From assembly GCF_009914755.1 (NCBI RefSeq), contig NC_060937.1: DNA of 64,000 nt; one strand, given 5' to 3'. The stretch is from the human T2T-CHM13v2.0 reference genome, Homo sapiens. Of the stretch, positions 28,658-41,033 are shown piece by piece. The translations under genes were made by a program, and so were the position numbers. The stretch's first letter is position 1, and the number at the start of each line of letters is the position of its first letter. The notes below the pieces were generated by a model. The model had not been told where the DNA came from, ran no database searches, and worked only from the letters and a program-made list of their open reading frames with translations.

Positions 28658-28878
28658 GTATACATGTATATATATACGTATACATATATACGTATATATG
28701 TATACGTATATATATACATGTATACATATATACATATGTATACGTATATACGTATATATGTATACGTATATATGTATACACATATATACATGTATACATA
28801 TATACACACATATATAAAACTTTGTAAAATGATTACATATTTGATTACTTTGTTATATTAATTTAGTCTAAATTCTAC
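28253..28878 (+). mobile_element. Old MLT1-like LTR carrying a TA-rich expansion
   Basis: CATGGTTTCCCAGCTAAAGACTA, AGCCATCTTT, TCTGGACT. Confidence 0.5.
28635..28815. repeat. (TA)n/TACG/TACA compound purine-pyrimidine repeat, ~180 bp
   Basis: Seen directly; source of the spurious YI-rich ORFs. Confidence 0.95.
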
Positions 28879-29633
28879 CTGTGGAAGACTGTATTTTCTT
28901 AAAAATGACCATAATATGATGTTCTATTGTACTTTCACTTACAATATGACCTTGACAATTCTCCTAACAAGAGGTGAGGGTCTGTGTTGCCTTCTCCTTA
29001 ATCCTGGGGGTCTTATGTCTATGTCTTATGCTATGTGACTTCTAAGGCTAGGTCATCAAACTGGACATGGTTCTATTGGGATACTCACTCTTGACACCCA
29101 GCCACCATGATGTGACAAAGCCCAAATTAGCCCACATGAAGAGACCACAATGAGAAGACCTTGAGACTATAAGAATGGTGATATGGCCAGCCCCAGTTCA
29201 CCTGCTGTTCCAGCTCCAGCTATACCGGACTGCCAGTGCAGGATAAGCCCCAAGTTCAATTAGCTGTTATTGTCCCATAGTAGCCTTACAATGATCTCAA
29301 GTTGTAGTAAAGCTTACCTCAATGAGATTTCTGGTTGTGGCTTCTACCTAATTGAGTGAGCAGCAATAAAACTCAAAGAATGCCTATAAATGATTCTGGT
29401 GAAAGCCCTGCCAAATTAGACTGAAAGAAACAAAGACAGTACAAGATGAAAATAGGCATTTAAACTCCTAAACTTTTGTGGTGAGAAAACTACTCAGGAG
29501 CGAACAGAAGCTACATTTTATGGAAAATAAAATAAGTTTCAGAAGGTAGAACAAAGATCCAAAAGAAGGACACTATAAGCCAGTAAGAATAACCCTTGGA
29601 AAGCAACACTGTGACCCAGTCAATAAACTAGCC

Positions 29634-30132
<499 letters not shown>

Positions 30133-31311
30133 TTTAAATATTTAGCAATATTTTTTAGCTGGATTTAAAGATTACTATGGATAAGGGACTGGGCTTCCTT
30201 TTTACTCACCCCCTTCAACGACAATTGTAATTAGCCTATGTCTGTCCAACCAATAAATTTTGGGTATGTTGAGGGAAGAGAGCTTGCCTCTTTATTTCCT
30301 ATAGCTTTATTTCAAAGGAGAACTGTACTCAAGGAGACATACCCAAGGAACAGCAACTAAAGGGCATCATCCATATATATATACATAATTTAGATGATGA
30401 GATCTCAGTCGTTGATTTTCTTCCTGATGCTGTAATGGCACAAAAATCCTGGGGTTTCTTGGTGTGACTATATATTGAATGTGGGAGAAATGTAAATAAT
30501 TGGGGGTCAGAAGAGAGTGTGGTCCCAAAATTATTTAATATTCCTTCCATTGAGAAATACAGTCTATGCCTCTCCCTGAAATGTGGACTCTGTACACATA
30601 ATCAATAGTGTCCGATAAAAATGATGTGCCAGTTCCCAGAACAAGTATAAAAGAAACTGCTAGTTTCCACTTTCTGTCTCCTGGGAGGCTCACCTTATGT
30701 CCAGCTACCTTGTCGTCAAGCCCAGAGAGTGCAGCAGAGAAGCCTTTCTGAGGAAGTTCACGTGGAAAGGAACAGAGGCTTCTGCCCCTCAGCACCAGCT
30801 GAGTTTCTAGTCAACTGCATTAATTTGCACCCGTGGAAGAGAGATTTCTTTTTCAAGTGGAATCTCCCAGCTCCCAGTTGAGCTGATGCAGATGATGTGA
30901 TGAAGCAAAGATAAGCCTTCATTTCACCAAACTGCAGATTGGTGAGCCAAAGAAAATATTGTTTTATGCCAAAAAGCTTGGGGTGGTCTGTTAAATAACA
31001 AGAACTCTAATTATCCATAATTTATTTTCTTGTAACCTTCCCAAGATTTCCCAATGAATTAAAAAACAAACAGAAGCTCAGGTTACTTACCAGAGACTAA
31101 CAGGTCCTTCTTGATCTCTGGCCACATTTGCAAACTAATTTCCTTCTGCATTCACCATCTTTTACTATTCTGCAGGTGTGTAAAGTTTATGTTCTTCAAA
31201 TCAATCCAATGTTCAGCAAACTCACAAGCTTTGTTTTGCTAGATTTCTCTAACTGTTTTACTTAAATTTGTTCTTCTTACAGTCCTTACCTTATACAGTG
31301 CCCACTTTTAA

Positions 31312-32190
31312 TTAATTATTTTTTTGACAGGGTCTCACTCCGTCACCTGTGCTGGAATGCAGTGGCACAATCTTGACTCACTGTAACTTCCATCAACCAA
31401 GTTCAAGAGATCCTCCCACCTCAGCCTCTCAAGTACCTGAGACACAGGCACACGCCATCATGTCTGGCTAATTTTGGTGTATATATACACATATATACAA
31501 ATATATGTGTATATATGTATATATATACACATATATACATATATACACATATATATGTATACATATATGTATACATACACACGTATATATGTATACATAT
31601 ACACACGTATATATGTATACATATACACACGTATATATGTATACATATACACACGTATATATGTATACATATACACACGTATATATGTACACATATGTAT
31701 GTATACATATATACACATATGTATGTATACATATATACACATATACGTATACATATATACACATATACGTATACATATATACACACATATACGTATACAT
31801 ATATACACACATATATGTATACATATATACACACATATATGTATACATATATACACACATATATGTATACATATATACACACATATGTATACATATATAC
31901 ACACATATGTATACATATATACACACATATGTATACATATATACACACATATGTATACATATATACACATATATGTATACATATATACACATATATGTAT
32001 ACATATATACACATATATGTATACATATATACACATATATGTATACATGTGTATATACACATATATATTTTGTAGAGACAGGGTCTCACCATGTTGCTCA
32101 GGCTGGTATTGAACTCCTGGGCTCAACCAGTCTGCCCTTCCTTGCTTCCCAAAGTGCTGGGATTACATGTGTGAACCACTGCACATGACC
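31312..32190 (-). mobile_element. AluJ split by a minisatellite in its central linker
   Basis: Right arm 31325-31476, left arm 32068-32190, TSD-like CCCACTTT(T/A)AA on both sides. Confidence 0.9.
31477..32068. repeat. ~590-bp alternating purine/pyrimidine VNTR with 22-24 bp units
   Basis: Units such as ACACACGTATATATGTATACATAT and ACACACATATGTATACATATAT. Confidence 0.95.
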
Positions 32191-33129
32191 CACTTTAAAT
32201 TTTTTACAACATTTATTACTATTGCAATTAACTACATTTATTCATGTATTTGTTATCTGTCTCTACTACTGGAAGTTATCGTCTATGTACCAGGGACATT
32301 ATCTGCCTATTCTCTGCAAATTCCCGAAAGCCATGTGTGACATATTAAGTGCTAAAAATACATGAATTAAATACTGATTGAGAGATAAACATAATTTATA
32401 TTTTGTTTCCCATCTATTGGTCACCTTTTCCTGTCACCTGGTGACATTGATATCTTACATAAACAGTAAAATCGGAGAATTCCAGAATTATTTCTTGTGA
32501 CCACATGTTTCTGTTCATGTATGCGGGCAAAAATAAAAAGTACTTTTTAAGTCAATGATGAGTTGGGTTCTACTATGTATATAATTTTTAGATAGAACTT
32601 ACATTGGATGGATTACATATGAGGAAATTTGCTTATTTTTTCTGTATTTTAGGAAAATGGAAACTAGGCATCTCTAAAGGTACCATAATCAAGACAGTGT
32701 GGAATTGGCATAAGATGGAAGTATAAGTGAATAAAACAAAGTAGAGTCCAGAACTATTTAGTTTCCATAAATCTGCTCTGGTTCATGAGGTTAGACAGTT
32801 GGTTTAGTGAATAACCAATTTTTTAAAGTACATTGGAATAGATGTTGAATCACATGGGAAATATTTGGACTTCAGTTCACTTGGTGAATGACTTTGAACA
32901 AATTGTAGATATTTACCCCTACTACTGCATCACTTTCTCCCATCAGCTGAGCCCAGGACCTAGCCTTTTTGCAAAATACCTAAATTTATGATATTTTTTC
33001 TGTTTCCTCTTAACAAGCTGCTGCATATTCCTTCAAAACCGTCTAATTCCAGAACAACTTTATAAGAACCAAATTTCACCCCAAAAATTTGTAAATAGAG
33101 ACACCACTGTCTCCATTGTTTTAGCTAAT

Positions 33130-33920
33130 ATTCATTGAATGCATACATTTTGAGAACTATTTTAAGCTCTTTACTTGTATTAATAAAATTAATATATTAT
33201 CTCCACAATGTTACTAGTATATAAACGAAGAAACTGAAGCATGATGAGGTTAAGTACCATAGCTCAAGAAAGCCACAAGTTTAACTGTGACTAAATTGGA
33301 ATTTCTAAATTTTGTTTTTATAAATCTAAACTTCTTTCCTGATATATACATTGCTGCATTTAATTTTTTTCAGCATATCTGCACTTGCATATACTGCAAC
33401 CAAAATAAATTAAAATGTACAAAAGCAATTTCATCATTTTCTCTCAAAATGAAGAAATTTGTATATTTTGTTGCATTTATTATGAAGTTGAATGACCATT
33501 GTCTTAGCCAAAAATCTGGAAGTTCTCCTTTTATTATCTTCATATTCAAACCTGTGACTAATTTTTTAAATTGCATTTTCTTACTAATTCCCTAATCAAT
33601 TCAATACAAAGTATTTCTAGATCGTCCTCAGTTCAAGTGACTGTCGTTATTTGTAAGAATTGCTTTATCATACTCTGAGTTAGTTTTCTCAAATTTTCTG
33701 ATATCTGGTCTATTTTGGACACTGCTGCAATAGTAATCTGCCTAATAATCAAGTTTGATCATGCCGTCAAGGCTACATATAATTTTTCAATGCTTCTCCA
33801 CAGTACCTTGAACAGTTAACATATTTTTAATTACTCTGTTCCTCTATTAAAGGATGAGCTCTTTGAAGGCAAATCTTTAATCTCCCATCCTAGTGCTTGA
33901 TAATAATACAAAAAATTTAA
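33130..33920. mobile_element. MIR (minus, ~33130-33320) followed by an L2 fragment
   Basis: GAAGAAACTGAAGCA..GAGGTTAAGTA; GCTGCAATAGTAATCT..TGATCATGCC. Confidence 0.5.
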
Positions 33921-35168
33921 AAAGTCTATTAAGGCAAGTAAAAAAATGAAGAGGATATGTGAATTAAAACTCTTCAATATAAACAGTATAGCAATTGAAA
34001 GCATCAGTCTGGCTTATTTTTTTACTATATTTTTATTGTATTTTGACAGTATCTGAAGAAAAATACAAAATAAAATGAAGGGTTCACATTAATTCATAAT
34101 GGATATCTTTAAAAAATAAATGCTTCAAGGACTCATTTCTTTGATTAAATATATTTATACACAACCTGAGAGCATATCAGCTGCTGAAGTTATCCCAAAT
34201 TGGAAATCTTAAAAATTATTTGAATGTTGAAATCAATGAGCAACCATATTCATTAAACCTTATCGTATAATCACTACTAACAAAATGGTATTTAAAGTTG
34301 AGGAAGACAGTTGTTTATAAAAACAAGTCAGAAAATAATATAAATTTAATAGAGATGACAATCAGTGCATAAAAAATTTATACTTTTAGAAGAACCAGAT
34401 ATTTTATTAATTTACGAAAAATTCAATCAGTTTTACTCATTTGGAAGAATTGGTAGAGAAAATTAGTTATTGCCGTTGAAAAATAGACATGCAAATTGGC
34501 TACTTGGTTTTCATTAACATAGATCTGAGGAAAGACAATTTTTTTTGTTTATTTTTTGGTTGCTTTCTTGATTTCTTTCTTCCTTTGCTTCTTTGTTTCT
34601 TCCTTCTTTTCTTCCTTTCTTCTTCTAATAAAAAAAGTCTTTATCCAGGTGTTTCATTAGGTTGATGGCAATGGTTAAATAATAAAGATTATTTGATCAT
34701 GAAAATAAAAGATAATTTATTGAATTAGTTCATTATAATAAAAATTAAAATTATTTCTTGAAAAGCAACTCAATATTGAAGTACTCTATGCATTTCAAAA
34801 ATTTCAATTTAGTTTCTCATAGCCTTAGTATATTAAAAATTAATGTAATTATACAAATTTGAGAAAGACCAGAAAATTATATAACATCAATTATAGTAAC
34901 ATATTTTATTGAGACTAAGTATTACTGTAATTTAATTTAATGCATTTTATCATTTAAAATGATAAATTTTAAAAATAATATTTTGTATAAAATATTTGAT
35001 ATTATGTAATGCGGGTAACTCCCGGAGTAAAATTACATGAAAAATAATAAGCAAAATAACTAAAATGTATTAACTTAGTAACAATTAAGGAAGTAGTAAT
35101 TGATATAGTTTACCTGACAAAGAACATACTCCCTTACCTAATTTTAAACTGTAAAAGTCATCAGTATG

Positions 35169-35683
35169 TTTTTATTTATTTATTTATTTATTTTTTATTT
35201 TTTTAATTTTATTATTATTATACTTTAAGTTTTAGGGTACATGTGCACAATGTGCAGGTTAGTTACATATGTATACATTTGCCATGCTGGTGTGCTGCAC
35301 CCATTAACTCGTCATTTAGCATTAGGTATATCTCCTAATGCTATCCCTCCCCCCTCCCCCCACCCCACAACAGTCCCCAGAGTGTGATGTTCCCCTTCCT
35401 GTGTCCATGTGTTCTCATTGTTCAATTCCCACCTATGAGTGAGAACATGCAGTGTTTGGTTTTTTGTCCTTGCAATAGTTTACTGAGAATGATGATTTCC
35501 AATTTCATCCATGTCCCTACAAAGGACATGAACTCATCATTTTTTATGGCTGCATAGCATTCCATGGTGTATATGCGCCACATTTTCTTAATCCTGTCTA
35601 TCATTGTTGGACATTTGGGTTGGTTCCAAATCTTTGCTATTGTGAAAAGTGCTGCAATAAACATATGTGTGCATGTGTCTTTT
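35169..35683 (-). mobile_element. Young 5'-truncated L1PA (PA3-like) 3' end
   Basis: TATACTTTAAGTTTTAGGGTACATGTGCACAATGTGCAGGTTAG; ORF 35422-35664 resembles the ORF2p C-terminus. Confidence 0.95.
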
Positions 35684-36837
35684 AAAAACTATTATTCAAT
35701 GCCTAATTTTAGTTAGAATCAGTCACATATAGAGTATCCCTTTTTCTATGCTTGAGAAGGGCTATTAGTAATGCTTTTCTTTATACTGAATTTCACACAA
35801 TTTTTGCCAAGGTAATGATTAACATGGTTTTATTCTAACTTACTTCACCTTTCAAATCTATAATCTTCTTCATGGAGATTAAGAGGAAGAAACAAAGGAA
35901 AGATTATGATTTAGAAATACTATTAAGATTAGCATCTATGATATGCTAAAATCATTATACAACATTTAGCCTCTAGAATTAATATCAATATCATCTTAAA
36001 TCTCTGAAACAGCCATTGGATGATCTGATGACAGGATAATTGTCAATGTATATGTTCACATATATAAGTATGGAAATTATATAAGCAATTTATGTGTATG
36101 TGTGTACATGCCCAATTTGAAGAAACACATGGCTGTATACTCAGCCTTTTAATTCTAAGTGAGAAATCAGAGAATCTTCAAATTCTGAAGCTTAACGCTT
36201 ATGTTTTACAGTGTTTCTTAAGTTATGTCAAATATACAAAATTCAGAAAGGCAAAGACTCCCTTGTTGCTAGTTTGTGAGGCAAAGTTCCAGCTAGACTC
36301 GTTGGGAAAAATAAAATGTAAATTTCCCCTCACTTTAGGGGGGATGTTAAGCGATAAGGAAAGATAAACCATCAAGAGCAAATGTGAGAAAGCGGGGAAG
36401 TGAAAAGTACATTTACAGAGTTTGGTAAGCTGATTTAATGGTTTCATGTATATAAGCAGTTGAAAGCAACTGAGACTAAGAATGCCAGGTTACCTAGGGT
36501 TCCAAATTTTGAAAAATGTTTGGAATTTATCCATCAGGCAAACCAGAGATAACAGGATTTTCGATCTCAATATTTGCGTGATCAATGTCCTACTTTAGAA
36601 GGATTCATTTGAAGGTAATATATTGGATAGATTGAATGAAAAAACTTTGGGAGGGGGGGAGGCACAAATAAATCAGCTAAAAGTTTTCTGTAATTCTCTG
36701 GATGTAAGGCTACAGACCCTTACTTAAGACTGTAATTTTTGGCAGTGGTAATAGAAAGGAAGGGACAGGTTTGAGATATTGTGTAAAATAAATGGAATGA
36801 GTCTCATGAACAATTGAAAATAATGGGCTTAAAGCTT

Positions 36838-39616
36838 TCATTTTTTGTTGCGTCTCAGCTAAGTTTTTGTATCACAATGATGCTGGCCTCTTAAAATGAA
36901 TTAGGGTAGGAGGTAATGTCCCCTTTATCATTTCTGATTGTGTTTATTTGGATTTTCTATTTGTTTCTTTATTAACTTAGCTAGCAGGCCATCGATCTTA
37001 TTTATTCTTTCGAATAACCAGCTTTTGGTGTCATTGATCTTTTGTATAATTTTTCACATCTCAATTTCATTCCGTTCAGCTCTGATTAGGTTATTAATTT
37101 TCTTCTGCAGCTTTGGGGTGGGTTTGCTCTTGTTTTTCCAGTTCCTCTAGGTGTGATGGTAGATTGTTAACTGGAGATCTTTCTAACTTTTTCATGTGGG
37201 CATTTAGCACTATAAAATTTCTTCTAACATGGATATAGCTGTGTTCCAGAGATTTCAATATGTTGTATTTTTGTTTTTCTTAGTTTCAAACAATTATCTT
37301 TCTGCCTTAATTTCATTGTTTACCCACGTCATCTGGGAGCAGCTTATTTAATTTCCATGTAAAAACAATTAAAACCCACATGATCATTTCAATAGATGCA
37401 GAAAAGGCTTTCAATTAAATTCAACATTCCTTCATGTTAAAAAAGCCTCAAAAAACTAGGGATCTAAGAAACATATCTAAAAATAGGGAGCCAATGATGG
37501 CAAACCCACAGCCAACATTATACTAAATGGACAAAAGCTAGAAAAATTCTCCTGAGAACCAGGACAAGACAAGGATGACCACTCTCATCACTCCTATTCA
37601 ACATAGTACTAGAAGTTCTAGCCAGAGCAATTAGGCAAGAGAAAGTAAAAGGCATCCAAATAAGAAAAGAGGAGGTCAAGCTATCTCTCTTCACATATGA
37701 TATTATTTTATACCTAGAAAACCCCACAGTCTCTACCCAAGAGCTCTTCGATCTGATTAACAACTACGGCAAAGTTTCAGTACCAAAAATCAATGTACAA
37801 AAATCAGTAGCATTTCTATACACCAATAATGTCCAATCTGAGAGACAAATCAAGAATGAAATCCCACTAACAAATAGCCACATACAAAAAAATAAAATAT
37901 AGGAATCCAGCTAACCAGGGAGGCAAGGTCTCTAAAATGAAAGTTACAAAACACTGCTGAAAGAAATCAGAGATGACACAGACAAATGGGAAAACATTAC
38001 ATGCTCATGAATAGAAATAATTAATGTTATTAAAATAACCATACTATACAAAGCAATCTAGAGGTTTAATGCTATCCCTATTAAACTATCAATGACATTT
38101 TTCGCAGAATTAGAAAAACTATTCTAAAATTCATACAGAGCCAAAAAAGAATCCAAATGGCTACAGCAATACTGAGCAAAAAGAACAAATCCAGAGGCAT
38201 CACACTACCCAACTTTAAACTATACTACAAGGCTACAGTAACTAAAACATCATAGTACTGGTAGAAAAACAGATCATAAGTCAATGGTACAGATTGGGGA
38301 AGCCAGAAATAAACAAAATTGACAAAAACAAGCAATGGAGAAGGAACCCCCTATTCAATAATTTGTGTTGGGAGAACAGGCTAGTTATATGCAGAACTGG
38401 AGCCCTTTCTTTAACCATATGCAAAAATCAACACAAGGTAGGTTAAAGACTTAAATATAAAACCTAAAACCATAAAAAAGAAGATAATCTAGGAAATATC
38501 ACTGTGGACATAGGCCCTATAAAAATTTCATGATGAAGGCTTCAAAAGTAACTGCAACAAAAACAAGTGTGACCTAATTAAACTAAAGAGCTTCTCCACA
38601 GCAAAAGAAACTATCAACAGAGTAAACAGACAACCTTCAGAATGGGGGAAATATTTGCAAACTATTCATCTGACAAAGGTCTAATATGCAGAATCTATAA
38701 GGAATTTAAACAAATTAACAAGCAAAAAATAAACAGCCCTATTAAAAGATAAACAAAGACATGAACAGAAACTTCCCAAAAGAAGACATACATATGGCCA
38801 ACAAGCACATGAAAAAATGCTCAACATCAGTAATCATCAGAGAAATGCATCAAAACCACAATGAGATATCATCTCACACCAGTCAGAGTGGCTATTATTA
38901 CAAAGTCAAAAAATAACAGATGCTGGTAAGGCTGTGGAAAAAAGGGAATCCTTATACTACTGCCATTGGGAATGTAAATTAGCCCAGCCACTGTGCAAAG
39001 CAGTTTGGAGATTTCTCAAATAACTTAAAAGTAGAGCTACTATTTCACCCAGCAACCCAATTCCTGGGTATATACCCAAAGAAATATAAATAATTCTATC
39101 CTAAAGAGACATGCACATTATATTCATTGCGGCACAATTTACAATAGCAAAGCCATAGAATCAATCTAGATGCCCAACAAGATTCTCTAGATAAAGGAAA
39201 TGTGGTAAATATGCACCATGGCATACTATGCTGTTAATAAAATGAATAAAATCATATTCTTTGCAGCAACATGCATGGAGCTGGAGGCCATTATCCTAAG
39301 CAAGTTAACGCAGGAACAGAAAATCAAATACTGCATGTTCTCACTTAAAAGCGGGAGCTAAACATTGAGTACACATGAACACAGAAAAAAAGGGAGCAAT
39401 GGATACTGGGGTTTACTTGAGTGTGGCGAGTGGAAGGAGGGTGAGATTGGAAAAACTATTATAGTACTTATCAGGTACTATAATCCTTAAGTGGGTGACT
39501 AAATAATCTGTACATCAAACCCCCGCAACATGCAATTAATCCATGTAACAAACCTGCCCGTATACCCCATGATCCTAAAATAAAAGTTTGAAAGAACAAC
39601 AACAACAAAAAAAAAA
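36838..39616 (+). mobile_element. 5'-inverted L1 (PA13-16-like): antisense 36838-37362, sense 37362-39616; sits in a minus-strand L2
   Basis: Antisense ATGATGCTGGCCTC..AAATGAATTAGGG; junction TTTCCATGTA|AAAACAATTAAAACCCACATGATCATTTCAATAGATGCAGAAAAGGC; 3' UTR and A tail. Confidence 0.92.
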
Positions 39617-39999
39617 TGTAGGAAGAGTTAAATGTATCTATCACAGTTCTCTAGGGTAAGCTGAGGGATGGCAGATTTGAGCCTTCTAATAATATCCATT
39701 ACTGCTCTACAAACCATCTTAAATATTAACAATATTAAATATACCTCTAATAATAATACAATTTTAATTTATATTTTTATAATTTTAGAAAAGTAGAAAA
39801 TAAAGCATTTTTAAAGTTTGTGTTATTTTTTATCATTTAAAAATAATATTTAAGGTGATTTCCATGAAAAACTTTAACAAAAATTTCTTAATCTGTGATT
39901 CTTTCTTCTATGTTATTGAGCCAGTCTCTCTAAATCCTCCTGTATATAAACTCTGAAGCACCACAGATCAAGACAAGGGTGACGAACTGTGAGATTAGT

Positions 40000-40560
40000 G
40001 TTAGTAATAACAGGACATTCATAGCTCAATGGGTTTTATGTCAAAGGCTTTATGTCCACATTTGTAGAATTATTTTAAAGATGCATTGAGTTTGAGATGG
40101 TAAGACATAGAAATATATAGCTGGTGACTAGAAACGTAGGACTGAAGCTCAGCGTGAGGTCAGGGGAGAACTAAGACATTAATTAGAGGGTTAAATGTTG
40201 ATAGGATTACAAAAACCTGTAATAGGTTATGGGAGAATGAATTACAGCAAGGCAGAAGGATACAAATCAGAGGAGCAGAAAGAAAAGAACATTGATATAA
40301 AGTAAGCTTCAAAGAGAAGAATTTCAAAATGGGGAGATGTTGATCAATGTCGAATGCTGCGGAGTCAAGAAAAATGATGATGGCACATACTATGCTGCTG
40401 TTCAACAGATACTAATTAAATATGCGGAATAAATGAGATACCATAGTAAGTTCTGAGAAATAGCTTTCAATAGATGGTGACAGACAGAAGTCAGATTTCA
40501 GCGTTTTAGACAAGATTATGTAGTAAAATAAAATAAATCCTTGAGGTCAACTATGCTGAC
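40000..40560 (-). mobile_element. L2 fragment
   Basis: ATGCATTGAGTTTGAGATG, AATGTCGAATGCTGCGGAG, CAGAAGTCAGATTTCAG. Confidence 0.55.
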
Positions 40561-40715
40561 TTATATTCTAAAGGTAGCATCTAATATGGTCTCTGGAAGT
40601 AACTTGGAGGTTAGTGAGTAATTATACATCCTGAAATAAGAAGAAAAAACAGGATGGTATTTTTTAAAAATGTATAGAAAACTACCACTTACTAAATGAC
40701 TCCTGTGTGACAGTA

Positions 40716-41033
40716 TAGTCAGTCCTCAGTACCCATGGATTCAATCAACCATGAATCAAAGTTTTTTAAAAAAACACTGTGTTTGTACTGAACATGTGCA
40801 GGTATTTTCTTGTTATTATTCCCTAAACAATGCAGTAGAATGACTATTTACAAATCATTTACATAGTATTAAAATTATAAGGAATATAGAAATGATTTAA
40901 AATATACAGAAGAATGTGCATAACTCATATGTAAATACTACACCATTTGGTATCAGGGACTTGAGCATCCGAGGATGTGGGTATCCATGAAAGGTCCTAG
41001 AACCAGCCCACTGTGTATACCTAAGGATGACTC
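40716..41033. mobile_element. Tigger3a (MER7A)-like DNA transposon
   Basis: GTACTGAACATG, ATTATTCCCTAAACAATG, GGGACTTGAGCATCC..GGTATCC..GTCCTAGAACCA. Confidence 0.85.

Noticed and set aside
31570-32045. Regular 22-24 bp units resembling a CRISPR array
   Set aside because: No unique spacers, no cas genes, eukaryotic minisatellite context
31421-32188. Six overlapping ORFs of 186-227 aa
   Set aside because: YI/CV/HT-rich translations of a stop-free purine/pyrimidine repeat inside an Alu; not genes
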